Below, in pieces: positions 21,767 to 32,545 of a DNA stretch of 51,029 nt. Origin of the DNA: Gekko japonicus (Eukaryota); the NCBI RefSeq assembly GCF_001447785.1, contig NW_015164196.1, positions 937,558 through 988,586 of the forward strand. The letters are read 5' to 3'. The notes beneath the pieces were generated by a model, which was given only the letters and a program-made list of their open reading frames with translations, was not told the DNA's origin and made no database searches. Each line of letters opens with the position of its first letter. Position 1 is the first letter of the stretch. A program made the position numbers and the translations under genes.

Positions 21767-21984
21767 AGCCCAGGTTAGCATAACCTCGTCAGATCTCAGA
21801 TGCTAAGTAGAGTCAGCCCTGGTTAGTACTTGGATGGGAGAAGTACTTGGATTCATCAAAGAAGTCCAGACTTGATTTGCAGAGGCAGACAATGGCAAAC
21901 CATCTCTAATCATCCCTTGCCTTGAAAAACTCAAGGATTCACCATAAGTCAACTACGACTTAAGGGCAATTCCCACCACCGTTC
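21767..21984 (+). mobile_element. 5S rRNA-headed Sauria-type SINE inserted in a small palindromic MITE
   Basis: CTCGTCAGATCTCAGATGCTAAG...CCTGGTTAGTACTTGGATGGGAG; tail GGCAAACCATCTCT...TTGCCTTGAAAA; flanking repeat TTCATAGGAT; host hairpin AAGCCCATTGATTGCAATGGGCTT. Confidence 0.75.
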
Positions 21985-22658
21985 TTCATAGGATTGACCT
22001 GTACTTCCAGCATGCCTAAAGATTGGTGCATGCTGTTAATGTGGTTGTCCACTCATCTCTTTCAAAAGAAACCCTTCCACAGAGGCCACTGGGAGACACT
22101 AGGCTCACTGTCGCTCTCCACTGCATTATTTAGTTCCATATCCATGCATATAAATACACATTTTAGCTTTGAAACAAGGTTATAGTCCGGTGACACCTTT
22201 ATGACCAACAAAACATGGCTACCCACCGGAATCCATTTTAACTTCGGTTTTGACTTGACCTGCACAGCCAATCAGTGGATTCATGACTGGGTTTTCTAAA
22301 TCTGGATATGTATTTGTGGTTCCCCCCATCCCAGTGTACAATAACACACACTTAATCCCTAGGAGTAAGTAGGAGGGTATCACCTGAAAACATTAATTAC
22401 AGCTTTGAAACGGCTCACTTGGTATTATCTTGGCAATGGCACCTGTTCATTGATGCTTGTTTTAGGGAGCAGTAGATCTTTAGAAATGGAAGATGTTCCA
22501 CAGAAACATATGGTGCTGGAAAACCTTCCATTCTGTAACAGTTTCCACCCCACAGCCCTGCTGTTTGCCCATGCAGCTCTTTGGATCCAGTCTTGACTGC
22601 AGGCTGTTTGCCCAGAAGCCTTGAAAGACCACCAGATTTCTCATCTTGTCTGTTTTAG

Positions 22659-22766
22659 GCTGAGAAGAGCAGTCCAGAAACCTCTGCAAACCTATCTGGA
22701 GAGCTTCTTCCTCCCCAGGCCCTGGAAGCAATATTGGCAGATCAAAAGCCAGACACCTGCCCACAG
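22659..22766 (+). CDS. NIT1: NIT1 exon 2 (putative mitochondrial presequence)
   Basis: TGTCTGTTTTAG| acceptor, AG|GTAATT donor, 108 nt, open in the required frame: (M)LRRAVQKPLQTYLESFFLPRPWKQYWQIKSQTPAH. Confidence 0.7.
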
Positions 22767-22793
22767 GTAATTAGCCATGGATATGCTCAGGGC

Positions 22794-22998
22794 CAGTGTT
22801 CCCTCTAAGCTGAGTTAGTGTGAGCTAGCTCACAGTTTTTTAGCCTCCAGCTCACACATTTTTGTCTTCGCTCAGGAAGGAGGGCTCCAGAGCAACCTGA
22901 TTTATGCAATAGCCAAATGGCTTGCTCAAATTTTAATGCCAGTAACTCACAAAGTGGACTTTTTGCTCACAAGACTCCACAGCTTAGGGGGAACATTG
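22794..22998 (+). mobile_element. CAGTGTTCCCTCTAAG-family hAT MITE (205 bp)
   Basis: TIRs plus perfect 8-bp TSD CTCAGGGC. Confidence 0.92.
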
Positions 22999-23007
22999 CT
23001 CAGGGCC

Positions 23008-23062
23008 CAGATTCAGTAGCTGCAAATACTGATCAGATTCAGTAGCTGCAAATACTGATCAG
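23008..23062. repeat. 26-bp tandem duplication
   Basis: CAGATTCAGTAGCTGCAAATACTGAT twice. Confidence 0.85.
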
Positions 23063-23119
23063 TAGCTCCGTTTCCACCCCGTCTCTCCTCAAAATATTCC
23101 TGTGAGGCTGAAAAGTAAT

Positions 23120-23335
23120 TCATGAGTGTCAGACTAGGATCTGGGTGATTCCAGGTTCGAGTCCCCACTCTGCCACGGAAGACTGCTGGGTAAACCTTGG
23201 CTGGTTACACGCTCTCAGCCTAACCTACTTCACAGGGTTGTTGTTAGGATAAAATGGAGGAAAGGAGTATGCTGTTAAGTGACTTTGGGTCCCCTTTGGG
23301 AAGAAAAAGGGTATAAATGAAGTAAATAAATAAAA
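23120..23335 (+). mobile_element. Squam3/MIR-like SINE
   Basis: B-box GGTTCGAGTCCCC, core CTCAGCCTAACCTACTTCACAGGGTTGTTG, A-rich tail. Confidence 0.7.
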
Positions 23336-23577
23336 ATGTTTGAACTCAGAATATAGCTATTTTGCGTTTTCACAGGTCTTAGCCACCAATTGGGGGTGGG
23401 AGTCTTGGGCATGTATTTTCTTATACCAACTACACTGTAACTGGTGGGAGATTAATTTAAAATATCTGATTTAACTATGTTGTTCCAGAGCAACCACTTG
23501 AATCCTTTGATGCTTGTTTTAGGAAGCAGTGGATAGTTAGATAGAAAACCCTGTCTGCCTACTGTTCACTTTCTCAG

Positions 23578-23850
23578 ACTCTCTGCTGCCCCCTGTGGAT
23601 TCAGAGTCATGTCTACAGGCACCGGAACCCTGAAGCCTCTCATTGCTGTCTGCCAGGTGACCTCAATCCCCAACAAAGACCATAACCAGGAATGCTGCTC
23701 ACGCCTCATCCGGGAGGCAGCCCAGCGGGGCGCCTGTGTGGTCTTCCTCCCTGAAGCCTTTGATTTCATTGGCAGCAACACAGAAGAGACCCTCAGCCTG
23801 GCTGAGCCCCTGGAAGGAGATCTCATCCGGTATTACGCTAGCCTAGCCAG
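23578..23850 (+). CDS. NIT1: Deaminated glutathione amidase (nitrilase-like 1), exon 3; in-frame second ATG at 23609
   Basis: MSTGTGTLKPLIAVCQVTS...REAAQRGACVVFLPEAFDFI containing the catalytic Glu; TTCTCAG| and |GTAGGG. Confidence 0.95.
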
Positions 23851-25019
23851 GTAGGGTTCCTGGGATTTCCCAGCAAGGAAAGAGCTTGCAGGGGCTCATC
23901 TGTGTTCTGTGGGTGCAGTCATGCTGGGAAGTAAAGAGAGTGGCAGGGTGGTGGGAGCATGCAGCATGGGCCATCCGGTTGCTCACCCAGTGTCCTGCCG
24001 CTGAGGGTGGAGGGGCAGCTGCCGCATCTTCCAGCCACTGCACTTTCCAGAGCCATGCTTGTAAAATATGTCTAGTATTTCCTTAGCCTTCTCTTCCTCC
24101 AAGGAGCTAAGGGTAGCATATGCGGTTTTCCCCTTCCTCCTTAACTAACAACTGCAAGGTAAGCTAGGCGGAAGGAGCCTGAGTGGCCCCAGGTCAGCTG
24201 CCAAGTTTCATGGCCGTGTGATGATCTAGATCCAGATCTCCCAGAGCAGAGTCCAGCATCCTAGTGGCTACTGTGCGCTGAGTCTGTGTATTGGAACGAT
24301 TGGTCCTGAAGTAAGGGGAGGCTTCGCTCCACTCCAAATATAGCCAGGTTCTGTATTCTAAGGCCTTCTTGGGTCCAGATGTGCATTTGTGCACACTGTC
24401 CTGAAACTTCTGTAGGAACATCTTTGACTTTAGGAGGGGCCCTACTTGGCATGCAGAAGGTCCCAGGCTCAACCCCTGACAGCTTCCCAGCTGCACCCTC
24501 ATGAGAGCCTTTTAACAGGAAATGTGATTAGATCCAGACTAATGTTCCTCAGGCACAAGGCCCTGGAAATCATGTTCCTAGGAAAGGGGACCCCCAAGAA
24601 GAGAATTTCAGGTGACATTTTGGAAGGGCAAGGGAGGGGGGGAAATAGAGACAAAAGTTTTTTGAAATTATTGTATGGCATTGTGTGTGAAAAAGCCAGA
24701 CGATCCCAAGGGGCAGGGAGTGTTTGGCTGCTGAAACTGTAGCTCTTTTTTGGCACCACTAGGTGGCGAGCTATGCTTATTTTAAGACTGAGAGTGCTGT
24801 GACTTGCCTAAGGTCACCCAGCTAGCTTCAAGCGAGGAAGAGGGGAATTGAACTTGGTTCTCCAGATTAGAGCCCGCTGTTCATAACCACTGCACCAAAC
24901 ACTTAGCCTGGATCCAAGTCATACCTTTGATTCATCTAGCCTGGTAGTTTTTACTCTCATCTCAAGAATGTTCATGTTAGGGGACTTGCCAGCCATTACG
25001 TCTCTTTTATACTCTAAGG

Positions 25020-25345
25020 CAGGGGTCCCCAACACGTTGCCCTTGGGCTCCATGGCACGCCCCAAGTGTTTCTAGAAAGTACACGGGGCCAGGTGGGGCT
25101 TTTGCCCAGCAAGACTTTTGATTGGCCATTGGAAATTTCATTGGCTGTGCAGATTTTTTAAAACGCTGCTTCAGCAACAGCTGTCACCATAGCACACAGA
25201 TCTTCACTGTGTGACTGAAGTTATGTTGTGGCAATCATTTTGTGGCTGGCTCTGCCTCCTGTGGCAGCCATTCTGTAGCTGTGCCCACCACGCCCTGTCA
25301 GAACTCCAAAGGGGCCCACAGGTGTTAAAATGTTGGGGATCTGTG
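25020..25345. mobile_element. Non-autonomous hAT (Charlie-like) element
   Basis: CAGGGGTCCCCAAC / GTTGGGGATCTGTG termini; perfect TSD CTCTAAGG; related copy at ~42682-42996. Confidence 0.85.
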
Positions 25346-25433
25346 CTCTAAGGCTGCAGTGAGAACAGCATGTGCTCAGATCCTTCCCACCCCACCCCCC
25401 ACGGTTTCTTCTGTTTCCCGTCTCCTCTGCCAG

Positions 25434-25537
25434 AGAATGTGGGGTCTGGTTGTCCCTTGGAGGCTTCCATGAGAGAGGCAGCGACTGGGAGAGCACGCAC
25501 CGGATCTACAACTGCCATCTGCTCCTGGACACCAAAG
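25434..25537 (+). CDS. NIT1: NIT1 exon 4
   Basis: ECGVWLSLGGFHERGSDWESTHRIYNCHLLLDTK; 104 nt. Confidence 0.97.
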
Positions 25538-25829
25538 GTGAGAAGGCTTCCTTGGTACTGGATCCTTTTCCCCCAAGTTGGTCAAGTCTTCTTAAGCCTA
25601 CATTTCTGGAATGTGGGACCAGTGTTTCCTCTCTAAACTTCCTGTGTCTTCCTTTTGTCCTTCTCCAGAATCTTCTCCCAGTACTGCACACATGCACCTC
25701 TTTGCTGTGTACCTAAGGAACTGGGTCTTGGGGCACTTATCCAATACTGGCATTAGAGGGAAACCAGAGTGGGACATGAGATTTCCCTCCTCATAGCCAG
25801 CCAGGCAAGGAGGAAGCCACGGCAGTGGA

Positions 25830-27090
25830 CTGATATCCTCTCGTACCGAGGATACGGGTCTGGGGGGAGTTGAGCTTCTGGTAGTGGGTGATTTGATCAT
25901 TAGAAATATAGAATGGGGTCTGTGACAGGTGTTTTGACCACATGGTGACTTGCCTGTCTGGTGTGAAGGTTGTGGACCTAACACTGTCTAGACTGATTGA
26001 TAGATAATGCTGGGGAGGAGTCAGCTGTCATGCTGCATGTTGGCACCAATGACATTGGGAAATGTAGTCGTCTGGTCCTGGAAGAAAAATTAGGTCACTA
26101 AAAGCAGAAGGTTAAAGGCCAGGACCTCAGAGGCCGCATTCTCAGAAGTGCTGCCAGTTCTACATACAGGGCCAGCTAGACAGGGGCTTCAATAAGTGGG
26201 TGAGAAAGTGGTGCTGGAGGGAAGGGTTTAGGATTTGCTAGGCACTGGGGAACTTTCTGGGACAAGCTGAACCTGTACAAAAGACAGGCTTCACTCGAAC
26301 CAAAAGGGAACCAGACTGCTGGTGATTCAGATCAAAAAGGTGTCAGAGCAGCTGTTAAAATAATTCTAGGGGAAAGCTGAAAGGCGCTGGGGAGTCAGTA
26401 CAAGTCAATCCAAAGGTATGACTGCGCAAATGCTCAGGGTAATATTGATAGGAGCGTAATAGAACTTGGGAGTGAGGGCATGATGGTGACTGAGGGCCAC
26501 GTGTGGCGACTAAGGGGCCGAGGGAGGTGAGGGTTACTGGAGAGGGAAACACATTATGGGTACCTGTATGCCAATGTTAGAAGTCTACAAGCCAAGATGG
26601 GGGAGCTGAAGTGCTTGGTATTCAGTGACAATTTAGATGTATTAAGTATTTCAGAAACATGGTGAAAGGGGGGAAATCTATGGGATACAATCATTCCTGG
26701 GTATAAGTTCTATAGGCAGGACAAGGAGAGATGGATTGGTGGTGGTGTTCAAAAAAATCAAAAATGGCACAGAATCAAATAAGTTAAAAACCATCAGGGG
26801 AATTAATGCCCCCAACAGAAGTTATATCGGTGGAAATACGGGCCCTAAGGGTTACTTAAAAGTGGGGGTCTACTATTGCCCATCTGAAGGGAATAAAGGA
26901 GGTGACTAAGGCAGATATTATGCTGGGAGACTTCAACTACCCTCACATTGACTGGGTAAATGTGTGCTCGAGTCATGCCATAGAAATGAGACTCCTAGAC
27001 ATCATAAATGACTGTGCACTGGGACAGTTGGTCACAGAGCCAACCAGAGGGGTAGTGATCTTGGACTTGGTTCTGAGCAGGTCTCAAGAA
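25830..27090 (+). mobile_element. Degenerate CR1 LINE 5' part: ORF1 SGNH esterase and ORF2 AP-endonuclease remnants
   Basis: LLVVGDLIIRNIE and MLHVGTNDIG (esterase blocks); YLYANVRSL, SETW, GDFNYPHIDW, EPTRGVVILDLVL (APE); stops and frameshifts. Confidence 0.85.
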
Positions 27091-27881
27091 CTGGAAGCAC
27101 CTTGGCACTGAGGGCGTGGCAACATTGGCTCCAGCGATGATTGCGCTCTGGCGACACCTGCTGCTGCTCTTGGGGGGAGTCGCCCTCCCTCTGGGCGGGG
27201 GGGGGAGCTGCCATGAGTGAGCCAGGGAGGGTGGCTAGGGTTAGGCTCTTCTATTTTTGTTATATTTTTGTGACATCAGAAATGACATCATACCCCCCCC
27301 CCCAGTGCTTCCCCACTGAAAATCATCTAGCTACTGGGTGACCTTGGGCCAGTCACACACTCTCAAGCCTAACCTTTCTCTCCAAGGAGGACCCACCCCC
27401 CAAAGCAGCTTACGTTGCTCTCCTCCATTGCACCCTCACAACAAGCCTGCGAGGTAGGTTAGACTGAGAGTATGTGGATGGTCTCAGGTCCCCCAGGCAG
27501 CTTCCATAGCAGAGTCGGGAATCAAACTTGAGTCTTCCAGAGCCTAATCTAACACTAAGCACAAAACCACCCTGGCTGACTGAAATATCTGCTGAAGGGA
27601 AGTGCTTCTGGTTGTACTTGGATCCTCTCCCCTCCCTCCCTCTGAACTTTCCCTGTCCCATTTTCCTGAGAGGTTTTGCCACCATGAGCAGATGGTTTTG
27701 TCTAGAAGCACAGCGGCCGGGATGTTCCTTTCTCCACCTTTTCTGATGGCACTATACTTTTTAGTAGGATAATGCTGTTGTTGGGGTCTTTGGTCAACAT
27801 TAAAGAAGCATCTTTTACACCTCCAAAGCTTCACTCTGCCCACTAATTTACCACCTTGACCCTTGCCACGGCTGGCTTTAG

Positions 27882-28015
27882 GAACCTTGGTGGCCGCCTA
27901 CAGAAAGACTCACCTCTGCGACGTGGAGCTGGAGGGACGGGTGTCCATGAAGGAAAGCGCCTTTACCAATCCAGGTTTGGAGATTGTGTCGCCTATCAGC
28001 ACCCCGGCTGGAAAG
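27882..28015 (+). CDS. NIT1: NIT1 exon 5
   Basis: GTLVAAYRKTHLCDVE...STPAGK containing the catalytic Lys; 134 nt. Confidence 0.97.
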
Positions 28016-28163
28016 GTATGCGTGAGATCCTTGGGGGCCGTTAGCCAAAGTATTTCTTTTCCTTTGCTAAGTCATCAAGTTTGAGGCTTAGAAACCACCA
28101 CTGTTGTGAGTCAAGGAACTCCAAAATGCATCCAGATTTTAAAGATCGCATTCTTTATCCCAG

Positions 28164-28398
28164 TAGAAAAGAGCAAGAGTCCGGTAGCACATTAAAGACT
28201 AACAAAATACGTGGCAGGGTACAAGCTTTCATGAGTCACTGCTCACTTCTTCAGATACAGCCAGAATGGGAGTCCACCCGTCCTATATATTGGAAAATAT
28301 AGAGGACGGATGGACTTCCTTTCTAGCTGTATCTGAAGAAGTGAGCAGGCTTACGAAAGCTCTGCCACTACAGACAGACTAACATGGCTACTTGTCTT
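28164..28398. mobile_element. Penelope-like fold-back element with two opposed hammerhead motifs
   Basis: Perfect 14-bp flanking repeat ATTCTTTATCCCAG (28150-28163, 28399-28412); long inverted repeat centred near 28293. Confidence 0.8.
28219..28258 (-). ncRNA. Minimal type I hammerhead ribozyme motif
   Basis: Minus strand GTAT-CTGAAGA-A-GTGAG(CAGTGA)CTCAT-GAAA-GC-TT-GTAC. Confidence 0.6.
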
Positions 28399-28619
28399 AT
28401 TCTTTATCCCAGAAATCTGTCCAGCAGCACTGTAGACAAGGCCTTGGAAGCCCAAGCTTGTAGCCCTTCTGACCTTGGCCCTTCCCTCAGGAGAAGGGTC
28501 ATCTACAGCATCACACTTAGATGTTCTGAGCACGGGTTGAGGCCAGGGGCAGACCGCCTGCCCCACTAACCACCTCCTAGCTCAGGGAGAGAGTGGGACA
28601 TCATCCCTGCGAGCAAGTG

Positions 28620-28810
28620 CCTTCAGTTTGGGTCTGTCAAGGTCAGTCTTGTCTACTCTGATTGGCTAGCAGCTCTCCCAAGTTCTCAGGCGAAGGCCTT
28701 CCATATCACCTGCTACCTGAGAGCCTTTTCAGCGGGGGGATGCCAGGGACTGGACCGCGGAGCTTCTGCCTGCCCAGCAGGTGCTCCAACATTGAGCCGT
28801 GGCCTCTGCT
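28620..28810 (-). mobile_element. Squam2-like SINE
   Basis: Reverse complement resembles 30565-30770. Confidence 0.65.
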
Positions 28811-28974
28811 CAGGGCCAGAATGCTCACAGTGAGGAGCAACAGTCAGTGTGGCAGGCAAATCTGTGGATTCCCCCCCCCAAAAAGGTATGATATGTATTA
28901 TCTCCTCCTTCCTCAAGTGACAGAGGGAGAGCTGAGAATGATGAGAGGTTTGGTCTCAGATTTGAACCGATAGC

Positions 28975-29181
28975 CAGTGTTCCCTCTAAGTTGAGTTAGT
29001 GTGAGCTACCTCACAGTTTTTTAGCCTCCAGCTCACACATTTTTGTCTTAGCTCAGGAAGGAGGGCTCCAGAACAGACCTAATTTATGCCGGAGCCAAAT
29101 CGCTCACTCACAACTTTAGTGCCAGGAGCCCACAAAGTAGAATCTTGGCTCACAAGACTCCACAGCTTAGAGGGAGCGTTG
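28975..29181 (+). mobile_element. CAGTGTTCCCTCTAAG-family hAT MITE
   Basis: TIRs; 6/8 TSD CCGATAGC/CCGGTAAC. Confidence 0.88.
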
Positions 29182-29601
29182 CCGGTAACTCGTCAGTTCA
29201 CAGCTTGGATGTGTCGCCATTCACACTGTGCCGAGACGACTCCCCCGACACGACCCTACGCTCACTCTGAAATGAAACCCATTCACAAAGCTCTACCACT
29301 GACAGTGCCATCCTAGGCAAACTTGAATCCTCCTAAAGTCTACTGAAGTCAACAGTCTTAGAAGGGCGTGACTCTGCTTAGGACGCCCGTGTTGGAGATG
29401 GAAAGCAGCTGCAGACTTTTCCCACCTCACCCCAGGAATGGCCCAAGATGGTTTGCAAAAGTACTTTGCTGGGGAAGACGTGGCCATCTCTGGCTCTCGG
29501 CCCCAGCCTGCTTCCCCAGCTGCATTAAATCCAAGCACACACACACACCCCTTCCCTCAGGGATCCCAGCCAGCCTCCCACTGGTTCCCCTTTCCTTTTA
29601 G

Positions 29602-29727
29602 GTTGGCCTGGCCATCTGTTACGACCTACGTTTCCCAGAGATGTCACTCGCTCTGGCCCAGAAAGGGGCAGAGATCCTGACCTATCCGTCGGCCTTCACG
29701 GTGACCACAGGTTCTGCTCACTGGGAG
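29602..29727 (+). CDS. NIT1: NIT1 exon 6
   Basis: [42 protein letters not shown] containing the catalytic Cys; 126 nt. Confidence 0.97.
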
Positions 29728-29857
29728 GTAAGAAGCTCTGGTGCCGAAGCGGGGGATTCTTTGATCCCCTGTAATATTTTTGCGAAACCCTTCGGTCTGT
29801 CGTGAGCAGTGGAGGGGGGGGGGTTTCCCCAGGTCCTCACTGTTTGTCATCCCCCAG

Positions 29858-30121
29858 GTGCTGCTACGAGCTCGCGCCATTGAGACCCAGTGCTACGTAG
29901 TCGCAGCCGCTCAGACAGGCAAGAACCACGAGCGCCGCACCTCCTACGGCCACGCCATGATAGTGGACCCCTGGGGCAGCGTCATCGCCCAGTGCCAAGA
30001 GGGACCGGGCCTCTGCTATGCTGAAATTGACCTGGCTTACTTGCATCACATCCGGCAGGAGATACCCGTCTTCCAGCACCGCCGGCCCGACCTGTATGGC
30101 CGGGTGGCCCCCTTGTCATGA
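29858..30121 (+). CDS. NIT1: NIT1 exon 7 (stop TGA; long CDS 1011 nt, 336 aa)
   Basis: [21 protein letters not shown]...[12 protein letters not shown]...[14 protein letters not shown]. Confidence 0.97.
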   Translation: MLLRARAIETQCYVVAAAQTGKNHERRTSYGHAMIVDPWGSVIAQCQEGPGLCYAEIDLAYLHHIRQEIPVFQHRRPDLYGRVAPLS

Positions 30122-30480
30122 GCAGGCACCCTGCCTGCCACACCGAGGACTCTCAGCTGCCACTGGGCTTGCCTCTGGAATCAGGGGGTGTGACCCACGT
30201 GATTATGAGGAGGAGCAGCCTCCGTCCATCCTGGACCTAATCGATTAGCACTGTTGATTCGTGCACCGGTAAAGAGCTGCGGTGCTTGCGAGAGTGGGTG
30301 CAAAGTGGGACTGACGGACAAACCGAGCACCATACAGGCCAGATTAAGAACACTTTACACCATCCCTGCTAGAGAAGCAAGTGTCTACTCAATTCTGCCA
30401 TTACTGGAAATGCCATCTTGGGCACAGATTTCCTTCTAGGCCTCTGGCACTCCAGCAGGTTCCAGATCATTTTTCACCCA

Positions 30481-30486
30481 AATAAA
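30481..30486 (+). terminator. NIT1: NIT1 polyadenylation signal
   Basis: First AATAAA after the stop (~360 nt). Confidence 0.7.
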
Positions 30487-30564
30487 GCTTTATTGCCACT
30501 TTACACTCCTCCAGGACCATGATCCATCCCTTTGTCTCCATTTCTAATCCTTGTTTATAACAGG

Positions 30565-30770
30565 TGGGGAGAGGCTGTGGCTCAGTGACAGAGCATCTGC
30601 TTGGCATGCAGAAGGTCCCAACTTTGATCCTTGGCATATCCAGTTAAAAGGATCAGGTAGTAGAAGTGAGAGGAAAGCCCTCTGTTTGAGATCTTGTAGA
30701 GCCACTGCCAGTCTGAGTAGACAAGCCTGACCTTGATGGGACTGATGATCTGATTTGGTAGAAGGCTTCT
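30565..30770 (+). mobile_element. tRNA-derived SINE (Squam2-like)
   Basis: GGCTGTGGCTCAGTG...GGCATGCAGAAGGTCCC...GATCC head; GAGCCACTGCCAGTCTGAGTAGAC body. Confidence 0.75.
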
Positions 30771-31970
30771 GCGTGCCAAAGCAGATGCTCTACCACTGAG
30801 CTTTGTGTGTTCTTGTGCTTTCAACTCAAGCCAGGTTGAGGAAGTGGGGGTGGGGGAGGCTGGCAGAAATAAGTGTTTCTACTCCACAGGCATTGGGTGC
30901 TTGACACAAGACAGAATTACAGTTCTGCCTCCAGGTAGTCCAAATTCTGCAACTGACACAAACCCACATAACTTTCTTTTCATGATTACGTCTTTGCTAG
31001 TCATGAGAAGGGACGAACATCCTCTGGGATTTACATTCAGCAACACATGCTGGCATCTTTAAGCACCTTGAGCTCTTGCAGTGTTTGTGTGCAATCAAGA
31101 CATATTATTTATACACTACTATCAAAGGGATTAGAGAGACTGCTGAAATGCATCTGACAATGAAGCTCAAGATAAGTCCACCTGGACTTAATCGAGACCT
31201 AGGTTTCCTGTGTCACAAGGTGCTTTACCAAATACAAGACGACAAGGCTCTGCCCCAAGGAGCTTACAGTCTAGTAGCAGCAGAAGGTAAAGTAGGAGTA
31301 GGTGGGACAAAGAAGAATGTGTGTCTGTAGCCCGCTCTGGTCTTAGGGCTGCAGTCCGAGACATTGTTTCAAGACACTGACCTGCCTAACAAATCTCAAA
31401 AACCAAGAGCAGCTGAATACAGTTTCTAAAACTCACTGAGTGAAACTTCAAGGCCTTTAGATCAGTGGTTCCCAACCTTTTTGGCCTGGTAACCCACAAG
31501 TCTGAATTTACTTGGTATGGTGACATATTCAGGGGTGGCTCAAGGTTTTTTGTCGCCCTAGGCAAACTATGACTTTGGCATGCATCTATTTCAGCATTCC
31601 ATTTCTACAGTGACAAACCAGATGGTTTTGAGAAACCAACAAACACCACACAAAGGCCCCAGCTGCCCCCAATATGTGCCCCAAGCAAGCGGCATTCCAG
31701 ACAGCCTTTTCATATGGACGTTACATCCAGCCTTTGATCACCCTTTCTTTCTCCGTTAGCCCTATAATCGCTCCTAAAATTCTAAAAAAGTTGTTCCAGT
31801 AATCATCAGGACATGTTTATGCAATGAAGGAAAAAATGGCAACTAGTATATGACATGGAAGATAACTTTCCAGGGTCATATTTTGGTTTCTAAAATACAA
31901 AAGAGAGCAATGGAAAGGGCAGGGCTGGCCATTAGGGAGGGGGCTTTGCAACCCACTTTTGGGTCCCAAC

Positions 31971-32178
31971 CATTGTTCCCTCTCAGCTGAGTTAGTGTGA
32001 GCTAGCTCACGGTTTTGTAGCCTCTGGCTCACACCTTTTTGTCTCAGCTCAGGAAGGATGGCTCCAGAGCCAACCAATTTATGCAGCAGCCAAATGGCTC
32101 CCTCACAACTTCAATGCCAGTAGCTCACAAAAGTAGAATTTTTGCTCACAAGACTACACAGCTCAGAGGGAAGCACTG
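31971..32178 (+). mobile_element. CAGTGTTCCCTCTAAG-family hAT MITE
   Basis: TIRs; perfect TSD GTCCCAAC. Confidence 0.9.
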
Positions 32179-32545
32179 GTCCCAACCTACACTGCTCTAG
32201 ACGAAGACTGTTGGGAGCCTGCAAGGATCTTTTCACATACACCCCCTTTATGTACGGTAGTCCTGACGCATGGCTCAGGCAGGTCCTTTCCTGGCAGCCA
32301 GCCCCACAGCTCAATACAGCATGTTTTTGAACAAAACACACAAGCCCAGGAAAGCCAGATATTTCTCCTAGCACAACACGTTCTCTATAGCAGAGGCCAC
32401 CAATGTTCTTTAATGGAACTATACTTCCAGGTAATGAACGATATCCCAAACTACTCCCCACCCCCGTGTTACCAAGATTTTTCCATCCAGGATCTTAGAA
32501 GCCAAGCAAGGGTCAGCCCTGGTTAGGACTTGGATAGGCAACCAA

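Noticed and set aside
21767-21850. 5S rRNA gene
   Set aside because: Partial diverged 5S head fused to a Sauria/BovB-type tail; a SINE. The same applies at ~3260, ~32490 and ~50020.
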